Shown piece by piece: positions 1 to 10,832 of a stretch of DNA of 64,000 nt (the first letter of the stretch is position 1; the number at the start of each line of letters is the position of its first letter). Below the pieces are notes generated by a model that made no database searches, had not been told where the DNA came from, and saw nothing but the letters and a program-made list of their open reading frames with translations. Both the position numbers and the translations under genes were made by a program. The stretch is taken from the NCBI RefSeq assembly GCF_036370855.1, contig NC_088128.1, positions 356,899 through 420,898 of the forward strand, in the 5' to 3' direction. This DNA is from Dromaius novaehollandiae. Lineage: Eukaryota.

Positions 1-1080
1 CGGGGGGGCAATTTAGGGTCCCGGGGGGGGATTTGGGGTCCCGGGGGGTATTTGGGGGGGTCGGAAGTATTTTGGGAGGGTCCTGGGGGGTATTTGGGGT
101 CCTGGGGGGGGGGATTTGGTGGTGCCGGGGGGGTGTTTGGGATCCTGGGGGGTATTTGGGGGTGCTGGGGGCTATTTTGGGGGGGGTATCAGGGTCCCAA
201 CGGGGTTATTTGGGGTGCCAGGGGGGTATTTGGGGTGAGGGGTGTATTTGGGGGGGGGGTCTCGAGGGTATTGGAGGTCCCGGGTGGTATTTGGGGTCCC
301 TGGGGGGGGCTGGGGGGTATTTGGGGGGGCCTGGGGGGTATTTGGGGGTACCGGGAGCTATTTTGGGGGGGGTATCAGGGTCCCAACGGGGTTATTTGGG
401 GTGCCAGGGGGGTATTTGGGGTGAGGGGTGTATTTGGGGGGGGGGGTCTCGAGGGTATTGGAGGTCCCGGGGGGTATTTGGGGTTCCTGGGGGGGCCTGG
501 GGGGTATCTGGGGGGGGCTGGGGGGTATTTGGGGGTACCGGGGGCTATTTTTGGGGGGGGTATCAGGGTCCCAGGGGGGTTATTTGGGGTGCCAGGGGGG
601 TATTTGGGGTGAGGGGTGTATTTGGGGGGGGTCTCGAGGGTATTGGAGGTCCCGGGGGGGTATTTGGGGTATCTGGGGGAGGCTGGGGGGTATTTGGGGG
701 CACTGGGGGCTATTTTGGGGGGGTATCAGGGGTCCCAAGGGGGTTATTTGGGGTGCCAGGGGGGTATTTGGGGTCCCGGAGGGGTATGTAGGGTGCCGGG
801 GGGGTATGTAGGGTTTGGGGGGGGGTATATGTGTGCTGGGGGGGGAATATAGGGTGCCGGGGGGGGAATATAGGGTGCCTGGGGGATATTTTGGGTGGTG
901 GTGGGGGGTGTTTGGGTCCCAGGGGGGTATTTAGAGCGCCTGGGGGGGGTATAGGGGTCCCGGGGGGGGGTATTTAGGGTGCCTTGGGGGGGTATTCTGG
1001 GTCCCTGGGGGGGATATGGGTGCTGGGGGGGGGGCTGTTTGGGTCCCAGGGGGATATAGGGGTGCTGGGGGGGGTATCCA
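1..1080. repeat. G-rich minisatellite (GGGGGGTATTTGGGGTCCC-like units, about 180-bp higher-order repeat)
   Basis: The 'gtgaggggtgtatttggggggggggtctcgagggtattggaggtcccgg' landmark recurs at 235, 415 and 600. Confidence 0.9.
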
Positions 1081-1399
1081 CAAGGGTGGGGGGGGCAGGG
1101 CAGCACCCCCCCACCCCAGGGCGCCCCGCACCCCCCCCCCGACTCACCGTGGGGCAACACCGGCTCCCGCTGCCCCCCCGGCCCCGGGGCCGCCCCTTAT
1201 CTAGGGCCTCCCCCCCCCCCCGCTGCGACCTTTCCGCCGACCCCTGGCCTTTTCGGGGGGCTAAAAATAGCCCCCCCCGCCCCCGCCGGCCCCTGACATT
1301 CAGCCGGGGGAGGGGCCCAGCCTGGGCGGCCATTTTGCCCCCCGTCCGCCATTTTGCCCCCCCCCCCCCCCACTGCCGGCAGGCTCTGGGTAACCGTGG

Positions 1400-1830
1400 A
1401 AACGGGCTAGGCCCCGTGGGGGCCTCGTTGGGGGGGTGGTTGCCATGGCGACTGAGGGGGTAGGTACAGGTCACCACGGTGACGGGGTAGTTCCCCTCCT
1501 GCGGTTTCTGGGGTGGTGGTTGCTGTGGCAACAGCCTGCGGGTGTAGGCCTTGGAGCGGGTTGACAGTCACCATGGCAACCAGCCTGCATGGAGGGGTAG
1601 GTCCCGGTTTCCATGGCAACGGGGTAGGCCTGAGACTGTTGTGACAGTCACCACGGCAACCGGGAAGGACCCTTGGTCTCCATGGCAACGGGGTAGGCCG
1701 CAAACCACTGTGACAGTCGCCACGGCAACCGGGAAGGGCCCCCTCGGTCTCCATGGTGACGGGACAGGCCCCGGTTTCCATGGCGACGGGGTTGGCCCTG
1801 AAGAACCCGGGGGGGTAATGAGGTGCCCTC
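1400..1830. repeat. About 68-bp tandem repeat carrying RFX X-box-like palindromic half-sites (CCATGGCAAC / GTTGCCATGGCGAC)
   Basis: GTTGCCATGGCGAC at 1438. GTTGCTGTGGCAAC at 1520. CCATGGCAACGGGGTAGGCC units at 1610, 1680 and 1750. Confidence 0.8.
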
Positions 1831-1840
1831 ATTAATATTC

Positions 1841-1884
1841 ATGAGCTGTTGTGTACGTCATGAATATTAATATTTCCTGCGCAT
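1841..1884. repeat. Perfect 14-bp inverted repeat ATTAATATTCATGA / TCATGAATATTAAT with a 13-bp spacer. It is the only AT-rich island in the window.
   Basis: The two arms are exact reverse complements. It lies immediately 5' of an NRF1 palindrome tgcgcatgcgca. Confidence 0.8.
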
Positions 1885-2490
1885 GCGCAGTGGCTGCGCT
1901 GCCCCCCCCTTCGCCAGCGCGGCGGCGCTGAGGTAGGACCCGGAAGCGGCCGTGCAGGTGCCATGGAAACCGCGCGTCGCGGCTTTCTATTGGCCGGGGG
2001 AAGAGGGGGGCGTGGCTCACGCTGTGGGGGGGGGGCTACTTCCGGCGAGGGCCAATCAGCGAGGCGCGCGGCGCGGCGGCGCCCCGCCTCAGGCGCCGGC
2101 CGCCTGCACCAATCACAGACCGCTGCCCTTTCGGCAGACTCTGCCTGGCAACGCGCCCGCGGCGCCGCCTTCCATTGGCTGCCACCGCGGCCAATGGGGA
2201 GGGGAGCTGCTGGCGGGGCGCCGCGCATGCGTGGAGCAGCCGGTGGCGGCGGCGGCCGTTGCCGTGGCAACGCGCGGCGCCCTCGGGGGGGCGGGGCGCG
2301 CAAGCGCATGCAAATATGGGCGAAAATATGCAAATTTATGCTGATTTATGCAAATGAATGTAAATGCGTGGAAACATCGGCGCGTGCTGACTGTATCCGC
2401 ACGGAGGACATGACCCGGCTCCCCCCCACTGACCCCGCCCCCTCCCAGTGGGGGGGGCTTACGAATGAGATGCAAATGTATGCAAATGAG
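1870..2490. promoter_or_regulatory. Dense promoter-like module with 5 CCAAT boxes, 6 octamer (ATGCAAAT) motifs, 3 NRF1 (GCGCATGCG) sites and an X-box palindrome. Target transcript unknown.
   Basis: CCAAT or ATTGG at about 1988, 2051, 2109, 2171 and 2190. ATGCAAAT at 2308, 2328, 2348, 2469 and 2479, plus ATGTAAAT at 2358. tgcgcatgcgca at 1879. gcgcatgcg at 2224. GTTGCCGTGGCAAC at 2258-2271. Confidence 0.5.
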
Positions 2491-2689
2491 GGCGGCCCGT
2501 GGGGGCGGAGCCTGGGAAAGCTCGGGGGGGCACCTGGACACCTGGGTCCCTCGTCCCTGCCTTCATGGGGGGGGCACCCCAAGCCCCTCCCCCTCAAGCC
2601 CCGCCCCCATGCTGCCAGTAGGGCTGGGATGGTATCCCCTCGTGGCCCCGCCCCCTCGTGGCCCCGCCCCCGAGGCCCCGCCCCCTCAT

Positions 2690-3990
2690 CGCTCCCCCAC
2701 CCCCACCTGATTGCAGCTCCCTCTACTCATGACCCCGCCCCCACAAAGCCCCGCCCCCACAAAGCCCCGCCCCCGGAAGCCCCGCCCCCGGAAGCCCCGC
2801 CCCCGTGAAGCCCTGCCCCTGCTGGCCCAGCCCGGCGCTGCCCCCCCCGGGGGGGAATCGCGCCCCCCCAAGCCCCGCCCCCGGCAGCCCCTCCTCCCCG
2901 GACGCCCCGCCCCCGCGAGGCCCCGCCCCAGAAGCAGCGGCAGGTGATGGCGGCCCCCCATGACCCCTCGCCCGGAAGCCCCTCCTCCCTGGAAGCCCCG
3001 CCTCCCCGGCAGCCCCTCCTCCCGGAAGCCCCGCCCCCATGAAGCCCCGCCCCCATTAAGCCCCGCCCCTGCTGGCTGCTGGCCCAGCCTGGCGCTGCCC
3101 CCCCCGGGGGGCAATTGCGCCCCCCGGCAGCCCCGCCCCCCAAGCCCCTCCTCCCCGGCAGCCCCGCCCCCATGAAGCCCCGCCCCCATGAAGCCCCGCC
3201 CCCACGTTGGTGCCGGCAGGGCGGCCCGTCGCTGCCCCCCCCCGGGGGGGGGCAATCGCGCCCCCCACAGGCCCCGCCCCCGGCCGCCCCGCCCCCGGGA
3301 AGCCCCGCCCCGGAAGCCCCCCTTCTGCGAGGCCCCGCAGAAGCGGCCCCCCCCATGACCCCTCCCCTGGCAGCCCCTCCTCCCTGGAAGCCCCACCTCC
3401 CCGGAAGCCCCGCCTCCCCGGATGCCCCGCCCCCATGAAGCCCCGCCCCCAATGAAGCCCCGCCCCCATGAAGCCCCGCCCCCATGAAGCCCCGCCTCAA
3501 CTAAGCCCCGCCCCCATTAAGCCCCGCCCCTGCTGGCTGCCGGCCCAGCCCCGTGCTGCCCCCCCCCCGGGGGGGACTCACGCCCCCCCCCAAGCCCCGC
3601 CCCCGGCAGCCCCTCCTCCCCGGCCGCCCCGCCTCCCCGGAAGCCCCGCCCCCATGAAGCCCCGCCTCCATGAAGCCCCGCCCCTGCTGGCTGCCGGCCC
3701 GGCCCGGCGCTGCCCCCCCCCCCCCCGGTGGGAATCGCCCCTCCGGATGCCGCGCCCCAATGAAGCCCCGCCCCCACTAAGCCCCGCCCCCATGAAGCCC
3801 CGCCCCCATGAAGCCCCGCCCCCACGTTGGTGCCAGCAGGGCGGCTCGTCGCTGCCCCCCCCCAGGGGGGGCAATTGCGCCCCCCACAGGCCCCGCCCCC
3901 GGCCGCCCCGCCTCCCCGGCCGCCCCGCCCCCGGGAAGCCCCGCCCCGGAAGCCCCCCTCCCGCCAGGCCCCGCCCCGGAAGCGGCGGCG
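2690..3990. repeat. GC-box minisatellite (about 14-bp unit GAAGCCCCGCCCCCAT, about 330-bp higher-order period). It holds roughly 80 or more Sp1-type CCCCGCCCC motifs immediately upstream of the TLCD3B ATG.
   Basis: Repeated ccccgcccc cores. The higher-order marker gctggctgctggcccagcctggcgctgcccccccggggggcaattgcgcccc recurs at 3070, 3530, 3690 and 3830. Confidence 0.9.
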
Positions 3991-3994
3991 GGCG

Positions 3995-4131
3995 ATGGCG
4001 GCCCCCCCGGGCGCGCTGCTGGCCGGCGGCGCCGCCTTCTTCCCGGGGCTCTTCGTGGCGGCGCGCGCGGCGCTGCGGCGGCTGCCGGGGCTGCGCTGGC
4101 CCGAGCCCGACGCCGTCATCGTGGCCGCCCG
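3995..4131 (+). CDS. TLCD3B: TLC-domain protein (FAM57/TLCD3 family), coding exon 1: MAAPPGALLAGGAAFFPGLFVAARAALRRLPGLRWPEPDAVIVAA-R(split codon). Donor GTAACG at 4132.
   Basis: ATG at 3995 in GC-rich context. The N-terminus matches my recollection of the FAM57 motif 'GGALFFPGLFA...R'. The exon ends CG|gtaacg (phase 2), and the first G of exon 2 completes Arg. It lies downstream of a GC-box array promoter. Confidence 0.7.
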
Positions 4132-4139
4132 GTAACGGC

Positions 4140-6540
4140 GGGGGGGGCGGACACCGGGGGGGGGGGGACACCGGGGGGGGGGACACCGGCGGGGGGGGGA
4201 CAGTGAGGGGACAGCGAGGGGACAGCGGGGATGGGGACAGTGAGGGGACAATGAGGGGACAGTGAAGGGACACCGGGGATGGGGACAGTGAGGGGACATT
4301 GACACCATGGGGACAGCGAGGGGTCACTGAGGGGACACTGAGGGGACACCGGGGGGGGACAGCGGGGATGGGGACAGTGAGGGGACAATGAGGGGACAGC
4401 GAGGGGACACCGGGGGGGGACAGTGAGGAGACAGCGAGGGGACAGCGGGGACGGCGAGGGGACAGTGAGGGGACAGTGAGGGGACAGCGAGGACACCAAG
4501 GGGACAGGGACGGGGATGGGGACAATGAGGGGACATTGACACCATGGAGACAGGGACAACGAGGGGACACCGGGGATGGGGACAGTGAGGGGACATTGAG
4601 GGGACAGTGAGGGGACACCGGGGGGGGGACACTGAGGGGACAGCGAGGGGACAGCGGGGATGGGGACAGTGAGGGGACACCGGGGATGGGGACAGTGAGG
4701 AGACAGCGAGGGGACAGCGAGGGGACAGCGGGGGGACATTGACACCAAGGGGACAGCGAGGGGACACCAGGGATGGGGACAGTGAGGGGACAGTGAGGGG
4801 ACACTGAGGGGACAGTGAGGGGACACCGGGAGGGGGGACAGCGAGGGGACACCGGGGATGGGGACAGTGAGGGGACAGTGAAGGGACAGCGAGGACACCA
4901 AGGGGACAGGGACGGGGATGGGGACAATGAGGGGACGTTGACACCATGGAGACAGGGACAACGAGGGGACACCGGGGATGGGGACAGTGAGGGGATAATG
5001 AGGGGACAGTGAGGGGACACCGGGAGGGGGGACAGTGAGGGGACAGGGATGGGGACAACGAGGGGACATTGACACCATGGGGACAGGGGCAACAAGGGGA
5101 CACCGGGGACAGAAAGGGGACAGTGAGGGGACACCAGGAGGGGGGACAGCGAGGGGACACTGGGGATGGGGACAGTGAGGGGACAGCGAGGGGACACCAG
5201 GGATGGGGACAGCGAGGGGACAGCGAGGGGACAGTGAGGGGACAGTGAGGGGACACCAGGGACAGTGAGGGGACAACGAGGGGACATTGACACCATGGGG
5301 ACGGGGACAACGAGGGGACACTGGGGACGGTGAGGGGACACCGGGGATGGGGACAGTGAGCAGACACCGGGGGGGGACACTGGGGACAATGAGGGGACAC
5401 CATGGGGATGGGGACAATGAGGGGACACTGAGGGGACGAGGGAGCATTGACACCATGGGGACAGGGACAACGAGGGGACACCGGGGATGGGGACAATGAG
5501 GGGACAGGGACGGTGAGGGGACAACAAGGGGACACCGGGGACAGTGAGGGGACACCGGGGGGGGTCACCAGGGACACCATGGGGACGGGGGCGGTGTGGG
5601 GACAACGAGGGGACACCGGGGACACTATGAGGACGGGGATGGGGACACGAAGGGGATGGGGACACTGTGGGGACAATGAGGGGACGACAGGGACACCGTG
5701 GGGATGGGGATGGTGTGGGGACAACAAGGGGACAGGGACACCAAGGGGACGTTGACACCATGGGGACGGGGATGGGGACAATGAGGGGACATTGATACCA
5801 TGGGGACAGGGACGGGGACAACGAGGGGACGGGGACAACGCGAGGACAGGGACATCCTCGGGACAGGGACGCCATGGGGACAGGGACAACGGGGACATGG
5901 GGACATCATGGGGACAGGGACACCACAGGGATGGGGACAGGGACAATGAGGGGACAGGGCCACTGTGGGGACAGGGACAGCATGGGGATGGGGACAGGGA
6001 CGGGGACAACAAGGGGACAGGGACATCATGGGGATGGGGACAACAAGGGGATGGGGACGGGGACCCCATGGGGATGGGGACAACGAGGGGACAGGGATGG
6101 GGACACCGTGGCGACGGGGACACCCTGGGGTTGGGGACACCTTGGGGACAGGGATGGCAGCAGCCGGGGGGGGGACGGGGCGGCTGCCGGTGGCCTTGTC
6201 CCCCCGTGTCCCCTCCTGTCCCCTGTGTCCCCTCCTGCCCCCGGCGTCCCCATCCCCCGCTGTCCTTTGACATCGATGTCCCCGACGTCCCTTGGTGTCC
6301 TCGTCCCTGTCCCTAGATGTCCACCCCCGTGTCCCGGGTGTCCCCAGCGTCACCGGCCTTGATGTCCCCATCCTTGTCCCCATCCCTGATGTCCCCAATG
6401 TCCCCAACGTCCGTGTCTGTGTCCCTTTGTGTCCCCAACGTCCGTGTCCCTCAGTGTCCCCGGTGTCCCCGAGGTCCCTGTCCCCGTCCCCGGTGTCCCC
6501 GGTGTCCCCCGCCCCCCCTGACGTCCCCAATGTCCCCCCC
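4140..6540. repeat. (GGGGACAGTGA / GGGGACACCGG)n minisatellite filling TLCD3B intron 1. The orientation flips at about 6170-6190 to (TGTCCCC)n, which forms the polypyrimidine tract of the exon 2 acceptor.
   Basis: Direct reading of the sequence. The six-frame 'ORFs' of 765 and 649 aa on the minus strand here are repeat translations. Confidence 0.9.
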
Positions 6541-6544
6541 CCAG

Positions 6545-6628
6545 GCTGGTGTCCTCGGTGCAGGCCATCATGGCCTCCACGGCCGGTTACATCATCTCCA
6601 GCTCCTGCCACCACGTCATCGATGACCA
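6545..6628 (+). CDS. TLCD3B: TLCD3-family coding exon 2: (R)LVSSVQAIMASTAGYIISSSCHHVIDD-Q(split)
   Basis: Acceptor ccccccccag|G at 6543-6544, preceded by a long (TGTCCCC)n pyrimidine tract. Donor CA|gtgagt at 6629. Phase is consistent with exons 1 and 3. Resembles FAM57 '[28 protein letters not shown]'. Confidence 0.7.
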
Positions 6629-6639
6629 GTGAGTCACCG

Positions 6640-8800
6640 GGGGGGACACCGGGGCCTGGGGGGGACACCGGGACCCATAGGTGCCACCACGAGCCATGGG
6701 TGTCACCAGGACCCGTAGGTGTCACCGGGACCCATAGGTGCCACCACGAGCCATGGGTGTCACCAGGACCCGTAGGTGTCACCGGGACCCATAGGTGCCA
6801 CCACGAGCCATAGGTGTCACCGGGACCCGCAGGTGTCACCAGGACCCATAGATGCCACCATGAGCCATGGGTGTCACCGGGACCCATAGGTGTCACCGGG
6901 ACCTGGGGGTGTCACCGGGACCCATAGGTGTCACCATGACTTGTGGGTGTCACTGGGACCCATAGATGCCTCCATGACCCCTGGGTGCCACCGGGACCCA
7001 TAGATGCCACCATGACCCATGGGTGTCACCATGACCCATAGATGCCACCATGACTTGTGGGTGTCACTGAGACCCATAGATGCCACCAAGACCTGTGGGT
7101 GCCACCAGGACCCATAGATGCCACCATGAGCCACGGGTGTCACCAGGACCCATAGGTGCCACCGGGACCCATAGGTGCCACCAGGACCCATGGGTGCTGC
7201 TAAGACCAACAGGGCACCCCGTCCTGCCCCATAGCACCCATAGGGCCCCATAGGACCCCGGTCCTGCCCCATAGCACCTATAGGGCACCCACAGGGTCCC
7301 AGCCCTGCCCCATAGCACCCATAGGGTCCCAGTCCTGCCCCATAGCACCCATAGGGCCCCATAGGACCCCGGTCCTGCCCCATAGCACCTATAGGGCACC
7401 CACAGGGTCCCAGTCCTGCCCCATAGCACCCACAGGACCCCGGTCCTGCCCCATAGCACCCATAGGACCCCGGTCCTGCCCCATAGCACCTATAGGGCCC
7501 TGCCCTGCCCCATAGCACCCATAGGGCCCCATAGGGCACCCAGCCCTTCCCCATAGCACCCATAGGACCCCGGTCCGGCCCCATAGCACCCATAGGACGC
7601 CAGTCCTGCCCTATAGCACCCATAGGGTCCCAGTCCTGCCCCATAGCACCCAAAGGCCCCATAGAGCACCCTGCCCTGCCCCATAGCACCCACAGGACTC
7701 CCAGCCCTGCCCCATAGCACCCACAGGGCCCCATAGGGCACCCAGTCCTGCCCCGTAGCACCCATAGGGCCCCGGTCCTGCCCCATAGCACCCATAGGGC
7801 CCCGGTCTTGCCCCATAGCACCCAAAGGCCCCATAGAGCACCCAGTCCGGCCCCATAGCACCCATAGGGCCCCCACAGGGTCCCTGCCCCCCCCCCCCGT
7901 CCCCGGCGCCGGCCGCGGTTCAGCACTGGACAGCGCCCGGACGCCTGGGCCCTTCCGAGCGGGGGGAGGGGCAGCGCCCGGACGCCTGGGCCCCGGGAGC
8001 GGCGGCGGCGGGAGGGGGAAGGGCAGCGCCCGGACGCCTGGGCCCCCCTCGGCCTTGCCCTTGGCGGGGATTAGCCCGGCTCGCCCGGACGCCTGGGCCC
8101 TTCCGAGCAGGGGGGAGGGGCAGCGCCCGGACGCCTGGGCTCTTGGAGCGGGGGGAGGGGCAGCGCCCGGACGCCTGGGCCCCCTCGGCCCTGCCCTTGG
8201 CGGGGATTTAGCCCTGAGCAGATGGGGATTAGCCCGGCCCCCCGCCCCCCCCCCCGGACGCCTGGGCCCTTGGCGGGGGCGGTGGGGGGAAGGGGGGGGG
8301 GGGGCCGGACACCTGGGCCCTCTCAGCCTTTTGCCCTTGAGCGGGGGAGGGGATTAGCCTGGCTCCGCCGGACGCCTGGGCCCATGGAACGGGGGAGGGG
8401 CAGCGCCCGGACGCCTGGGCCCCTCCTGGACACCTGGGCCCCTTGGGAGGGGGAGGGGAGCTGCCCGGACACCTGGGCCCCTTCCGGACACCTGGGCCCC
8501 CCGGGAGGGGGAGGGGAGCTGCCCAGACGCCTGGGCCCCACCTGGACATCGGGCCCCTCCCGGACACCTGGGCCCCCCCAGATGCCTCTCCCCCACCCGG
8601 ACGCCTGGGCCCCGCCCGGACACCTGGACCCCCTGGGAGGGGGAGGGGAGGGGCCGCCCGGACGCCTGGGCCCTTCAGGATCATCCAGATCATAGAGTGA
8701 AATTGGGGAGGGGGGATGGGACCACCTGGACGCCTGGGCCCCTTCTGGCCACCTGGGCCCCTCCCGGACACCTGGGCCCTCCCGGACGCCTGGGCCCTCC
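6640..8800. repeat. Consecutive minisatellites in TLCD3B intron 2: (GGTGTCACCGGGACCCATAG)n, (CCCCATAGCACCCATAGGGCCCCGGTCCTG)n, (CAGCGCCCGGACGCCTGGGCCC...)n
   Basis: Direct reading of the sequence. Confidence 0.9.
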
Positions 8801-8843
8801 CTGCACCCCCGCCGAGACGAAGCCCCGCCCCCTCCCCGCGCAG

Positions 8844-9063
8844 GCATTGGCTGGCGGGCGCCTACCCGGCCTTCGCGGTGCCCTACTTCGTCTACGACGT
8901 CTACGCCATGTTCCTCTGCCACTGGCACCGGGGCCGCGTCAAGGGCCACGAGGCCGGGCCACCGCCCTCGCTGCGGGCCGCCGCCGCCGCCTACCTCCGC
9001 AAGGACCTGCTCATGGTGCTCCACCACGCCGCCATGGTGCTCGTCTGCTTCCCCGTGGCCGCC
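8844..9063 (+). CDS. TLCD3B: TLCD3-family coding exon 3 (TLC domain core): (Q)HWLAGAYPAFAVPYFVYDVYAMFLCHWHRGRVKGHEAGPPPSLRAAAAAYLRKDLLMVLHHAAMVLVCFPVAA
   Basis: Acceptor cgcgcag|G at 8842-8843. Donor GCC|gtgagt at 9064. Conserved TLC-domain motifs are present (YDxYAM, HW, LxxHHAxxL). Confidence 0.8.
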
Positions 9064-10790
9064 GTGAGTGGGGACGGGGCGCGGGGACACGTTGGGGACG
9101 TGGGAACGGCTTGGGGACATGGGGACGTCTTGGGGACGTGGGATGGGGGGCCACCACCATGGGGGAGAGGTTCTCATGGTGGCTGCCATGGTTCCCGTTG
9201 GCCATCATGAGTGGGGACAGGGCTTGGGGACACCTTGGGGACATGGGGACATCTTGGGGACGTGGGATGGGGGGCCACCACCTTGGCGGAGATGTTCCCG
9301 TGGTGGCCGCCATGGTGGTTGTCTACTTCTCTTTGGCCACTATGAGTGGGGACAGGGCTTGGGGACACCTTGGGGACATGGAAATGGCCTGGGGACATTT
9401 GGAACATCTTGGGGACGTGGGATGGGGGGCCACCACCATGGGGGAGATGTTCTCGTGGGGGCCGCCATGGTGCTCATCTGCTTCCCTGTGGCCGCCGTGA
9501 GTGGGGACGGGGCTTGGGGACACGTTGGGGACGTGGGAACGGCTTGGGGACATGGGGACGTCTTGGGGACGTGGGATGGGGGGCCACCACCATGACGGAG
9601 ATGTTCTCGTGGGGGCCGCCATGGTGGTTGTCTACTTCTCTTTGGCCATCATGAGTGGGGACAGGGCTTGGGGACACCTTGGGGACGTGGAAACGGCTTG
9701 GGGACATGGGGACGTCTTGGGGACGTGGGATGGGGGGCCACCACCATGGGGGAGAGGTTCTCGTGGTGGCCGCCATGGTGCTCGTCTGCTTCCCCGTGGC
9801 TGCCGTGAGTGGGGACGGGGCTTGGGGACACGTTGGGGACGTGGAAGTGGCTTGGGGACATTGGGAACGTCTTGGGGACGTGGGATGGGGGGCCACCACC
9901 ATGGGGGAGAGGTTCTCATGGTGGCCGCCATGGTTCTCCTTTGGCCACTATGAGTGGGGACAGGGCTTGGGGACACCTTGGGGACATGGGGACGTCTTGG
10001 GGACGTGGGATGGGGGGCCACCACCTTGGCGGGGAGGTTCTCGTGGTGGCCACCATGGTGGTTGTCTACTTCTCTTTGGCCATCATGAGTGGGGACAGGG
10101 CTTGGGGACATCTTGGGGACGTGGAAATGGCTTGGGGACATTGGAACGTCTTGGGGACATGGGATGGGGGCCACCACCTTGGCCGGGAGGTTCTCATGGT
10201 GGCCGCCATGGTGCTCATCTGCTTCCCCGTGGCCGCCGTGAGTGGGGACGGGGCGCGGGGACACGTTGGGGACATGGAAACAGCCTGGGGACATGGGGAC
10301 GTCTTGGGGACACCAAGATGGCTCAGGGGTGGAGGAACGTCTTGGGGACGTGGGATGGGGGGCCACCACCATGGGGGAGATGTTCCCATGGTGGCTGCCA
10401 TGGTTCTCCTTTGGCCACTATGAGTGGGGACGGGGCTTGGGGACACCTTGGGGACATGGAAACGGCTTGGGGACATGGGGATGTCTTGGTGACATGGGAT
10501 GGGGGGCCACCACCATGGGGGAGAGGTTCTCATGGTGGCCGCCATGGTGGTTGTCTACGTCTCTTTGGCTGCCGTGAGTGGGGACGGGGCTTGGGGACAC
10601 CTTGGGGACATGGAAATGGCTTGGGGACATGGGGACGTCTTGGGGACATGGGATGGGGGGCCACCACCATGGCGGAGATGTTCCCATGGTGGCCACCACG
10701 GTTCCCCTTGGCCACCACGAGTGGGGACAGGGATCGGGGCCACCGTGGGGGTTGGGGCCCCCCCGGGTTGGCCCCCCCGGGCCCTCGTGT
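9064..10790. repeat. Array with about 140-bp unit and about 425-bp higher-order repeat in TLCD3B intron 3. Each higher-order copy contains a copy of the last 40 or so nt of exon 3 plus its GTGAGT donor.
   Basis: 'gccgccatggtgctcatctgcttcccYgtggcYgccgtgagtggggacgggg' at 9455-9500, 9765-9812 and 10197-10245. Degenerate copies (ATGAGT) at 9215, 9340, 9645 and 10075. Confidence 0.85.
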
Positions 10791-10832
10791 CCCCGTGTCA
10801 CCCCGTGTCCCCCCCCCCCCCCGTGTCCCCAG

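Noticed and set aside
2300-2700. A small RNA gene (U6/7SK/snRNA type) downstream of the octamer clusters
   Set aside because: No PSE/TATA spacing and no recognisable snRNA body or 3' box follow. The downstream sequence runs straight into the GC-box array. It is left as an orphan promoter-like module.
3578-6896. Very long minus-strand ORFs (765, 649 and 423 aa; PSLSPSPVSP... and similar) and + strand Gly/Asp-rich ORFs over the same span
   Set aside because: These are translations of the (GGGGACAGTGA)n minisatellite. They are low-complexity, stop-free only because of repeat composition, overlap in several frames, and lie inside TLCD3B intron 1.
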